Assembly (NCBI GenBank): GCA_043821645.1
Contig: JBDRCO010000044.1
Span: 6,910 to 70,909, forward strand
Direction of reading: 5' to 3'
Length of the DNA stretch: 64,000 bases
From: Pseudomonadota bacterium
Lineage (GTDB): Bacteria; Myxococcota; JACRCW01; JAFGSX01
The translations under genes were made by a program, and so were the position numbers. The notes under the pieces are model-generated. The model was not told the DNA's origin. It saw only the letters and a program-made list of their open reading frames with translations, and did no database searches. Below are positions 9,448 through 17,715 of the stretch, piece after piece. Within the stretch, counting starts at the first letter, position 1. The number at the start of each line of letters is the position of its first letter.

Positions 9448-10305
9448 TCAAGGATCCTGCGCGGGCGCGCTCCCGGCTGCCGCCAGCGAGCCCAGAAAGC
9501 GCAGCAGCTCGGCGGCCAGGACGCGACGACCTGCCTCGTTCGGATGTTCCCCGTCGTCGGTGTAGACAGGGGCCAGGACCTCGACGGGGCGGCCCTCGAC
9601 CTCGATGAGATGCCGCTGACCGCCGGCGGTGGTCGACTCCAGCCGCGCCAGATCGAACACGGGCTGTCCCGTCAACTCCTGGCGCACGCGCGCGTTGTAG
9701 GCTGCGCGCTTCAGGTTCTCGCGCTCACCCCACACCGGCTTGCCCAGAGCTCGCTTGAGCGTCGCCTTGACCCCGCCCTGCACCGTGGTCAGCGGCACGG
9801 TCAAGTGCACGAAGGTGGTCGAGGGGTAGCGCGCCCGCAGGCCGTCCAGGGTGCTGCGGTAGCGCTCGAAGAGAGCATCCACGTCGGTCTGCGCGTTGAA
9901 ATCGATGTAACAGAATTTCATGAAGGCCAGGTTGGCGATGCCGCCGAGCCCACCCTCGATCGCACGCTTGAAGTCCTCGAGCTTGCTCTGGGCGTTCTCG
10001 TTGCGGCCGATGGCCGAGTGCAGGATCACGCCAGGTCCGAGCAGCGAGGCCTCGCGTCCGTCGACGATGCGAAGGGCGTGCGGAGCCCGGCCCCCCTCGA
10101 GGTCCTCGATACCCGAGAGCAGGTCGCGCCCCACCGACTGGTGGCCAAAGAAGATGCGTTGCCCCGCGAGCATGCCCAGAACCTCCTCGTCACGATCGGC
10201 GGGTGCCGGCAGGATCCCGGGATCCACGTCGCCACAGGCGAGCACGATCCCTGCCAGGGACATCACCACGGCCATCCGGGTGCCGGTCTGGCGTGGTGTG
10301 CTCAA
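9448..10305 (-). CDS. Putative lipoprotein, SGNH-hydrolase-like
   Basis: Lipobox-like IVLAC, FFGHQSVG near the N-terminus and DDGEHPNEAG (DxxH) near the C-terminus. Start uncertain (TTG 10305 with GGAGG, or ATG 10275). Confidence 0.5.
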   Translation of the reverse strand: MSTPRQTGTRMAVVMSLAGIVLACGDVDPGILPAPADRDEEVLGMLAGQRIFFGHQSVGRDLLSGIEDLEGGRAPHALRIVDGREASLLGPGVILHSAIGRNENAQSKLEDFKRAIEGGLGGIANLAFMKFCYIDFNAQTDVDALFERYRSTLDGLRARYPSTTFVHLTVPLTTVQGGVKATLKRALGKPVWGERENLKRAAYNARVRQELTGQPVFDLARLESTTAGGQRHLIEVEGRPVEVLAPVYTDDGEHPNEAGRRVLAAELLRFLGSLAAAGSAPAQDP

Positions 10306-10397
10306 GCGCGAGCCCTCCCCGAGCACCACCTCCAGGGGGCGTCCACAAGTTCTAGGACCGTGAGGGTCTCGAGTCGTGCGCACGACATCCTGCCGTC

Positions 10398-11687
10398 TCA
10401 GTCCAGCGAGGTGCGAATCAAGGTGAACTCGCTCATCGACGAGGGCAGCTGGTCACTGTCGAGGTCCGTCCACTCGACCACGAACCAGCTGGCCTGGGGA
10501 TCGGGTGCGGCCAGAAGGTGGTTCACCAGGTACCAGCCCGCAGCCCGGCTGCCCACGATGTCGAAGCCGTAGCTGGCCAGGATCAAGGCGCCGCGCTCGG
10601 GATCCGGGAACAGCTCGACGACAAAGTAGTCGTGGCTCGCGGTGGTCAAGCTGGCGGGCACTTCGATGACGACGCCGGAGCCGTCGGTCCGCACGAAGCT
10701 GTGACGGTTCTGGCCATTGTCAAAGACGTAGCGAAGAGGTGCCGCGTCGCTGTCCTCGAAATGCTGGAGCATGAGCTGAAAGTAGGGCCCGCCGTGCAAG
10801 ATGATCGTGTTCCCCACGCCGACGAGCGGCGCGTGGGTGGTCTGATCGACGACGCTGGCATCGAGAAGTGTGGTGTGGGTGACCGTGCCCGTGCAGTGCG
10901 CGGCAATGGCAGCGCCGTTGAGGGCCAGGGTGATGTCATCGTCCACGCCGGAACCCACGGAGATGCGAGTGTCGTTGTCGCACAGCGTGGAGAAGCCCAG
11001 GGGGGTGCAGCCTGGCGTGTCGGCGCAGAACTGCGTGGATCCACAGCTCGCACCGCAGGCACCACAGTGGTTTGGATCTGCGAGCAGGTCCACGCAGTGA
11101 CCGCTGCAGCAGACCTGGGGATCTCCGCAGGACGGACCACTGTCTTCGCCGCTGCACTCGGGGCCCGCGTCGATCGCAGCATCCACGGCGGGTGCGGTAT
11201 CGATGCCGCCTCCGTCCGCGGCGGCGTCACCCGCGGGGCCGCCGCTATCCGCCATGGTGGCACCGTCCGGTGCGGGCGCGTCTGGCAATGCGGTGTCACC
11301 TGACGTGACGTCGGCCTGGAGTACATCGGTGGCGTTGCTGTCCGGGGTGCTGGTGTCGGCCACATGGGTATCGGCCGTGCTGGTGTCGACGGTTGCGCTA
11401 TCCGCCACACGGGCATCGGTCGTGGCGGTGTCGACGGCTGCGCTATCCGCCACTCGGGTGTCTGCGACGCTGCTGTCCCCGCGCGCAGCGTCCTGCTCCG
11501 AGCTGTCTGCCCCGGCCACATCTGCCGCCGTGCCCTGGTCTGCCGTGGAGCGATCCGCACCCGCGCTGTCGGCAGTTCGGGCATCCGTCCCCCCGCCACT
11601 GTCGGCGGTCGTCGCGGGATCCGGACAGGCGAGTAGACAGCAGAGCACACCCAGCGCCGGCACCGTCTTGAAGCCGTTTCCTCGCAT
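10398..11687 (-). CDS. Cys-rich lipoprotein with D/A/S/T linker and unknown C-terminal domain
   Basis: LLACP lipobox, low-complexity linker, CVDLLADPNHCGACGASC repeat of the myxobacterial Cys-rich type. Confidence 0.6.
   Translation of the reverse strand: MRGNGFKTVPALGVLCCLLACPDPATTADSGGGTDARTADSAGADRSTADQGTAADVAGADSSEQDAARGDSSVADTRVADSAAVDTATTDARVADSATVDTSTADTHVADTSTPDSNATDVLQADVTSGDTALPDAPAPDGATMADSGGPAGDAAADGGGIDTAPAVDAAIDAGPECSGEDSGPSCGDPQVCCSGHCVDLLADPNHCGACGASCGSTQFCADTPGCTPLGFSTLCDNDTRISVGSGVDDDITLALNGAAIAAHCTGTVTHTTLLDASVVDQTTHAPLVGVGNTIILHGGPYFQLMLQHFEDSDAAPLRYVFDNGQNRHSFVRTDGSGVVIEVPASLTTASHDYFVVELFPDPERGALILASYGFDIVGSRAAGWYLVNHLLAAPDPQASWFVVEWTDLDSDQLPSSMSEFTLIRTSLD
11366..11459. 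repeat. Imperfect 45-bp tandem repeat (about 2 copies) in the linker-coding region
   Basis: gggtatcggccgtgctggtgtcgacggttgcgctatccgccacac followed by gggcatcggtcgtggcggtgtcgacggctgcgctatccgccactc. Confidence 0.8.
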
Positions 11688-11826
11688 CCCCACCTCCTGT
11701 GCGCCCAGGTTGCGCGTCCTGCACATCCTCTCACATTCCATCCCCAAATGTGTTGTAGTGTGCCCGTTTCATCTGCGCCAGTGCGCGACGCCTCGTCGCT
11801 CGATATGTATGGCCTCCCGAGGACGC

Positions 11827-12522
11827 ATGACCGAGCACGATGACCAGAACATGCAGTCAACCAGCGAAGAGCCGGATCGCGCGACACGGCTGCAGGCCTG
11901 GCGTCGTGGTTCGACGGGCCCTCTTCCGGTGGCCGTGCCGGTGCCCGTCCAGCACGCCTGGTACCGCATGACCGGCGGCGAGTGGACCTCGCTGGCCCTG
12001 GTTCCCGTCGACAGCCACGTGCGTGCGGCAGGGCTGGCGCGCAACTTCGGACAGCTCGCCGCGCAGGAGCCGCAGGCCAGGATCCTCGTCGTCAACGCCT
12101 CGCTCCGGGGCTGCTGGACGCCGACCGATCCGCGCCCGGCTCCACCCGAGGAGATCTGGTCGTTTCTGGCAGCGGCCTCGACCACCAGCGCCGAGAGTTC
12201 GTCGCTTCCTTTTGACTACCTGGACTTCGTCAATCTCGACCGGGTCGAGGCCACCCGGGCCCTGGCCTCGGCGCAGACCCTGCTCGACGCGGTCATGCTC
12301 AAGGCGGCCTACCGGCGCTGCATCTTCGCCGTCGACGACGTGATGACCCAGCCCGAGGCCACGCCCCTGGTCCGCGCGGTGGACATGGCCGTGCTGTGCG
12401 TGGCTCGCGGCAGGAGCACGCTGCGGGCCGTGCGCCATGCTCTCGACCTGTTCGGACCATCCAAGATCGCCGGTGCGGTGCTGCTGGAGCCGTCGACCTC
12501 CGCGAGCGCGGCTCGGGACTAG
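11827..12522 (+). CDS. Stand-alone BY-kinase-like (CpsD/CapB fold) protein lacking Walker A; probable pseudokinase
   Basis: ILVVNA and AVDMAVLCVARGRSTLRAVRHALDLFGPSKIAGAVL resemble the CpsD C-terminus. No GxGKS/T seen (ALVPVDSHVRAAGLA occupies that position). Confidence 0.6.
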   Translation: MTEHDDQNMQSTSEEPDRATRLQAWRRGSTGPLPVAVPVPVQHAWYRMTGGEWTSLALVPVDSHVRAAGLARNFGQLAAQEPQARILVVNASLRGCWTPTDPRPAPPEEIWSFLAAASTTSAESSSLPFDYLDFVNLDRVEATRALASAQTLLDAVMLKAAYRRCIFAVDDVMTQPEATPLVRAVDMAVLCVARGRSTLRAVRHALDLFGPSKIAGAVLLEPSTSASAARD

Positions 12523-12695
12523 GAGCCTGTCGGAAAAATCCACCGGCTGCGGCGTCGGATCCTCTCGCTGCGACCGATGTGCGCACTCGCTCCTCCTGCG
12601 ACGCACCGCAAGTGCGTCTCGTCGTCACGCGCTGCGCTCATCGCTCTCGCTTCGGTCTCCACCGCCTCGCTTCGTTGTGTTTTCCCGACAGGCTC
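12523..12695. mobile_element. MITE-like non-autonomous element (173 bp) with 16-bp terminal inverted repeats and CTAG target duplication
   Basis: CTAG(12519-22)-GAGCCTGTCGGAAAAA ... TTTTCCCGACAGGCTC-CTAG(12696-99), a 15/16 TIR match. Internal hairpin GACGCAC-cgcaa-GTGCGTC at 12600-12618. No transposase. Confidence 0.75.
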
Positions 12696-13478
12696 CTAGA
12701 GGCTCCCCCCCGTCGTCGACGAGCAAGGCGCTGCGCGGCGTACGCAGCATGCGCCAGGCAATGCCCAGGATCGCGCGATCGCGCACCAGGTAGCGCTGTG
12801 CCATGCGCCGCGGGTCCTGCCACAGGCGGTAGCTCCACTCGAGCCCGAGGCTCGACATCCAGGCCGGCGCGCGTCGCTGCTCGCCCGCCAAGAAGTCCAG
12901 GGTCCCGCCCACGCCCAGGGCCACGGCCGGTGCCGTGCCGCACGCCAGCGGTGCATGAGCAGCTCCTGCAGCGGACAGCCCAGGGCCACCAGCACCAGGT
13001 CGGGCCGGCTTGCGCGCACGCGCTCGAGAGCCTCGGCGCTGGCCACGGGGTCGCACTCGAAGCCGCGCGGGGGCGCGTCCAGGCCGACGATCTGCAGCGT
13101 CGGCAGCATGGCCTGCACGACCTCCGCAGCGCGCGCGCCTACGCCAGGAGCCGCCCCGAGGAAGAACACCCGCCAGCCCTCGCGCGCCGCACGTTCGAGC
13201 AGCGGCAGGGCCAGGTCCGAGCCCGACACCTTCTCGGGAAAGCGTGCGCCGACGAGACGGCTCAGCCACACCAGGGGCATGCCGTCGACCAGGGACAGGG
13301 ACGCATCGTCGTAGGCCGCGCGCAACTCGGCGTCGGATTCGGCCAGCACCACATGGTCCACGTTGGGCGTGACCACGTAGCCGCCCTGGCCGCGCTGGAT
13401 GAGCTCGGCGATGGCGGTGATGGCGCCCTCGAAGGTCACCATGTCGGCGTGGATGCGGCCGAGGCAGAGACGCTGCAT
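12625..13478 (-). pseudogene. WecB/TagA/CpsF family glycosyltransferase (EpsA-like), frameshifted
   Basis: N-part has VVTPNVDH, DGMPLVW, KVSGSDL, VALGCPLQE. The conserved C-part GVGGTLDFLAGEQRRAPAWM..LGLEWSYRL lies in another frame. A single missing base at 12934/12935 would restore ...AALAPAVALG. Could be a sequencing error. Confidence 0.8.
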
Positions 13479-13484
13479 GACGCC

Positions 13485-15152
13485 CTAGCGAGCCACCGGC
13501 GCCACTGCGCTGGAGCTGTCGTGCGTTGCCGTGTCGTCGTCCCTGCCGCCGCCGCGACCCCCGGCGGCCCGCGCGCGGACCTCGGGGCGAGGTGCGGTGA
13601 CGACGGAGTTCGCAGGCACCGACTCGGTCAGCACCACCCCGGCCATGATCTTGGAACCGGCGCCGACGGTGATCGGACCGAGCAGGGTGGCGCCCGGGCC
13701 GACGTGGACACCGGGCTCCAGCGTCGGTGCGCCCTGGACGCGCGTCACCGGGTCCAGGCCCTCGCCCAGGGTCACGTTGTGAAACAAGATGCAGCCCTCG
13801 CCGACCCGCGCGGCGTGGCTGATCACCAGCCCGTTGCCGTGCACCACCGAGATCCCGGGCGCGATGTCCGCGTCCCAGTGGATCTCGGCGCCATACAGGT
13901 GCCGGATCAAGCGCGAGGTCACCTGCGGCAGCAGGGGTAAACGACGTCGACGCAGCGCTTGCATCAGCCGCACTGCCGCCAGCATCTGCACGCCCACCTT
14001 GGTCACCACGTGAACCGGCAGCTGGCCCGGGCTCACGCGGTCGGCGTGGTACTTCGACCGGTTGCGGCGCAGCGAGGCGTGGTCCGCACGCAGCGCACCG
14101 AGAAACGACGGTGGAGCCGCGGCGCGGCGCTTGTCGAGATAGTGACGCAGGCCGTGCACGGCGCCTCCCAGCGAGCCCGAGGCCTCGCGCAGACCGTGAA
14201 AGTACTCGACGCCGTAGGCCAGGGTGGTGCCAGCCAGGGCAGGACGCTGCAGGCCCAGGCGATCCAGTCGCCCGGCCACGACCATGAGTCCTCGTGCCAG
14301 GGGCTTTGCGGCGACGGGCAGGGCGACCACGCCGAGCAGCAAGGGCCGCGAGACATGGTTGACCAAAAACAGGTAGCGCCAGGGATCCGCACTTTCCACA
14401 TCTTGATGCATGGCGGCGATGCGCGCGTCCCACAGGCCGTACTCGAAGGCGCGGCTGAGCCAGCGCTCGAGCACGGTGTGATCGGTGTGGTGCACGACCT
14501 CGGCGTCGATGGCGAAGGCGAGACGGGCGCCCGCCTTCTCGAGGCGTATGCCCAGCTCGCGATCCTCCGAGCGCGGGATGCTGGCGTCAAAGCCCCCCAC
14601 CTCGAGGTAGCGCCGACGGCGGATCGACACGTTACCCGAGCACAGCTGGATGCCCTTCAAGCGGATCCGGCCGCTTCGGATCTGGCGCGCCAGGCGCAGC
14701 ACCTGCTCGGCGTGAAAGCGTTCGAACAGCGGCATCGTGCCGAACTCGGGCGCGGGCGCGATCAGGCCGAACACCACCTCGGCGCCGGCCTGGTGAGCGC
14801 GCAGGTGCGCGGATAAAAAGCCTGGCCCGAGCTCCATGTCGTCGTCGACGACCACCAAGATCTCACCCTGGGCCACCTGTGCTCCGCGGTGCCGTGCGGC
14901 AGCGGGGCCGGCATTGGCCTGGGCGAGGTACGTGATCGGGTAGGGCAGCTCCAGCGCCCGGCAAGCCTCGCTCGCCGGGGGTGTCGAGCCGTCATCCACC
15001 ACCACCACCTCGAACTGATCCGCGGCCAGATCCTGCTGTCCCAGATCCCGCAGCAAGCGCTGCAAGGCAGCATGGCGATTGTAGGTCGCCACCACGACGC
15101 TGATCTGGAGGGGAGTGTGCTCCGCCACGCGCTCAATCCTCCCGGCGCGCAT
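13485..15152 (-). CDS. GT2 glycosyltransferase fused to a C-terminal serine-O-acetyltransferase-like LbH domain
   Basis: ISVVVATYNR, VVVVDDGS, LVVVDDD, EDRELGIRL, then in the same frame LYGAEIHWDADIAPG..HGNGLVI..NVTLG..HVGPGATLLGPITVGAG. Confidence 0.85.
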   Translation of the reverse strand: MRAGRIERVAEHTPLQISVVVATYNRHAALQRLLRDLGQQDLAADQFEVVVVDDGSTPPASEACRALELPYPITYLAQANAGPAAARHRGAQVAQGEILVVVDDDMELGPGFLSAHLRAHQAGAEVVFGLIAPAPEFGTMPLFERFHAEQVLRLARQIRSGRIRLKGIQLCSGNVSIRRRRYLEVGGFDASIPRSEDRELGIRLEKAGARLAFAIDAEVVHHTDHTVLERWLSRAFEYGLWDARIAAMHQDVESADPWRYLFLVNHVSRPLLLGVVALPVAAKPLARGLMVVAGRLDRLGLQRPALAGTTLAYGVEYFHGLREASGSLGGAVHGLRHYLDKRRAAAPPSFLGALRADHASLRRNRSKYHADRVSPGQLPVHVVTKVGVQMLAAVRLMQALRRRRLPLLPQVTSRLIRHLYGAEIHWDADIAPGISVVHGNGLVISHAARVGEGCILFHNVTLGEGLDPVTRVQGAPTLEPGVHVGPGATLLGPITVGAGSKIMAGVVLTESVPANSVVTAPRPEVRARAAGGRGGGRDDDTATHDSSSAVAPVAR

Positions 15153-15789
15153 CCGCGTCCACCACGAAGCGCTCTGGATCCAGCTGGCGCACAGGTCGCG
15201 CGGGGATGCCTGCCACCACGGTGAAGGGTGGCACGTCGCGGGTGACCACGGCCGAGGCTCCGACCACGGCGCCGCGCCCGATGCGGACGCCCGGCAGCAC
15301 GGTGGCCTTGGCGGTGATCCAGACATCGTCCTCGATCACCACCGGACGCGCCGGAGGGCGGACCGAGCGCTGGTAGAGATCGTGAAACGCGCTGTCCACG
15401 ATCATGACGAAGGGTGCCACGCGCACGCGCTTGCCAAGCACGATGGAGCGGGTCGCCCCGATGCTGACGCCGTAGTTGATGCTGCAGCCGTCGCCTATGG
15501 TGAGGCTGGCGCCGGGCTCGGTGGCCAGTTCGATGGGCACATGGACAGAGCGCAGCAGGACGTCGTCACCGATGTGCATCACGCCTTCGTTGACGATGCG
15601 GGGGCGCCCCAGCGTGCGCACCCGGGCCCCCACGGAGCTGGCGCCGCGCAGGTACCAGGGCGCGCTGATCACAGCCTCGAGGTAGCGCGTGCCACGACGG
15701 ATTCGGGCGGGCATGGGCTCGTCGCGGTGGACATCCCACTTGCGGCGCAGCACTTCCAGCCAGGCCGTGATGTCCCGCGAGCCTTGCAT
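15133..15789 (-). CDS. Hexapeptide-repeat (LbH) acyltransferase
   Basis: PVVIEDDVWITAKATVLPGVRIGRGAVVGASAVVTRDVPPFTVVAGIPAR. Confidence 0.88.
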   Translation of the reverse strand: MQGSRDITAWLEVLRRKWDVHRDEPMPARIRRGTRYLEAVISAPWYLRGASSVGARVRTLGRPRIVNEGVMHIGDDVLLRSVHVPIELATEPGASLTIGDGCSINYGVSIGATRSIVLGKRVRVAPFVMIVDSAFHDLYQRSVRPPARPVVIEDDVWITAKATVLPGVRIGRGAVVGASAVVTRDVPPFTVVAGIPARPVRQLDPERFVVDADARRED

Positions 15790-15899
15790 CGTCTTCTCGC
15801 CCCTCCCTGCGTGTGTCGCGGGGGCCTCGACCCCGTGCCCCCGGGCGGACGAGGCCTCGTTTCGCATTTTCGAATGACGGACGCAACCGGCCAGCCAAG

Positions 15900-16283
15900 A
15901 CACGTAGCAGAGAGGGCACCGCTCCGCAGGGTGGTGGATCCAAGCACCGGCAGGATCCATGTAGGATAATCTGCTCCAAACCCAAGGCCACGCCGCTATA
16001 TTTTGGTAGGCATGTGGAGTAACTGGATGGGATCGAGCCACAATAAACCGCCGGATAGAATTTTTAAACTACTTAGTATTTTTGGTGTTTTTTTAAACTC
16101 TGCGGGTGAGAAGGCTTGCTTCTTGAGCCGCCAACCCTATGTGTGGGTTGTGCACCCACAGCCGACAGCCCTTTTGGAGCATGTGGACCATTCTGGTTAT
16201 GACGCTATGCGTCATATGTTCTGGACATTGGACGGTGGAGGTGAGACTGCTACCTGGTGTGGACCTCTTGGGGGAGGGGAATC
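15900..16283. promoter_or_regulatory. AT-rich divergent regulatory region of the eps locus
   Basis: T/A tracts (aatttttaaac, gttttttaaac) in otherwise high-GC DNA, between divergent operons. RBS GGAGGGG before ATG 16284. Confidence 0.55.
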
Positions 16284-17675
16284 ATGAACGGGCGATTGGA
16301 TCGTTATGTTCCCGGGGCGACAGCCAAGCTCAATCTCCTGATCGACGTGGTGTTTCAGGCTCTGGCGCTGTGGCTGGCGCTCGGGGGAGCCACCGTACCC
16401 TTGCGTGGCGACTTCATCGGCTTGCTCAGCGCCGTGTTCCTGTGCTGGTTCGTGGCGACGGCGGTGCTCAGACTCTATGCCCCGCTGACGCCGCGCCGCT
16501 TCTTCGACAACATCGCCCTGGCCGCGCTGGCCGTGCTGGCGCCGACCCTGGCGGTGCTGCTGCTGCACTGGATCGCCTTCTATCCTGACTTCGCGTTCCA
16601 GCCGCTGGTGTTCGCTGGCGCCCTGTTTGCCGGTGCCCTGTTCAACCACCAGGTCATTGGCCGCGCCCTGTCGCAACGTCTCAGTGAGCCGCGCCATGCC
16701 ATCCTCATCGTCGGCACGGGGGCGCTGGGACTGGCCACCTTTGAGCGGCTGCGCATCGACGGGCAGCGGCAGGTCATCGGTTTTATGAACTTTCCGGGCG
16801 AGCCCGATGCGGTTCCCTTCGACGACACCGAGGTGCTCGGCGACAGCAGTCTGCTGCTGACCGTGCTGCAGCATCGCATCGTCGACGAGGTGTACATGGC
16901 CGGACGCCTGGCCTACCAGGCCAGGCCCATGCAGGCGGCGGTGAGCGTGTGCGAGGAGGTCGGCATCCCATTCGCGATGCCCCTGCACAGCCTGCGCTTC
17001 GAGCGCGCCACTTTGCTGTCGAATTCGACCCGGCGTGACGGCTACCTGCACTACATGACCCAGGAGCCTAAACCCATGCTGTTCGCGATCAAGCGGCTGA
17101 TCGACATCGTCGCCTCGTCGCTGGCGCTGGGTCTGCTTTCGCCCCTGCTGGTGCTGGTGGCGGTGGCCATCCGTCTCGATAGCCGAGGCCCCGTGTTCTT
17201 CAGGCAGCGCCGCGTCGGGCTGCACGCGACCCACTTCAACATGCTCAAGTTTCGCTCGATGGTGCAGGACGCCGAGGCTCGCCGCGGTGAGCTGGAGCAG
17301 GCCAACGAGCAGAGCGGGCCCGTGTTCAAGATGCGCCACGACCCGCGCGTGACCCGGGTTGGCCGCTTCATTCGCAAGTTCAGCATCGACGAGCTGCCAC
17401 AGCTGGTGAACATCCTGCGTGGCGACATGACCATCGTCGGCCCGCGGCCCGCGCTGCCCAAGGAAGTGGACCAGTACAAGGCCTGGCAGCGTCGGCGCCT
17501 GTCGGTGCGGCCCGGGTTGACCTGCTACTGGCAGATCGGCGGCCGCAACGAGATCAGTTTTGATGAGTGGATGCAGATGGACCTGCGCTATGTCGACAAC
17601 TGGAACCTGCGCGTCGACCTGAACATGATCATCCAGACCGTTCCTGTGGCGCTGAGCGGACGCGGCGCCAGCTGA
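16284..17675 (+). CDS. Polyprenyl-phosphate priming sugar-1-phosphate transferase (WcaJ/EpsZ-like)
   Basis: N-terminal TMs, ILIVGTG Rossmann-like segment, KRLIDIV, FNMLKFRSM, DPRVTRVGRFIRKFSIDELPQLVNILRGDMTIVGPRP. Confidence 0.95.
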   Translation: MNGRLDRYVPGATAKLNLLIDVVFQALALWLALGGATVPLRGDFIGLLSAVFLCWFVATAVLRLYAPLTPRRFFDNIALAALAVLAPTLAVLLLHWIAFYPDFAFQPLVFAGALFAGALFNHQVIGRALSQRLSEPRHAILIVGTGALGLATFERLRIDGQRQVIGFMNFPGEPDAVPFDDTEVLGDSSLLLTVLQHRIVDEVYMAGRLAYQARPMQAAVSVCEEVGIPFAMPLHSLRFERATLLSNSTRRDGYLHYMTQEPKPMLFAIKRLIDIVASSLALGLLSPLLVLVAVAIRLDSRGPVFFRQRRVGLHATHFNMLKFRSMVQDAEARRGELEQANEQSGPVFKMRHDPRVTRVGRFIRKFSIDELPQLVNILRGDMTIVGPRPALPKEVDQYKAWQRRRLSVRPGLTCYWQIGGRNEISFDEWMQMDLRYVDNWNLRVDLNMIIQTVPVALSGRGAS

Positions 17676-17715
17676 CCCGGAGCGGTCCGCTCCACGGTGC
17701 GAGCGTACAACAAAG

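Noticed and set aside
11203-11826. N-terminal extension of the pseudokinase-like ORF
   Set aside because: It is the antisense of the repetitive lipoprotein linker. Plausible coding starts at ATG 11827.
12523-12695. tRNA or CRISPR repeat-spacer unit
   Set aside because: No cloverleaf or CCA end and no regularly spaced direct repeats. Terminal inverted repeats plus a duplicated target fit a MITE better.
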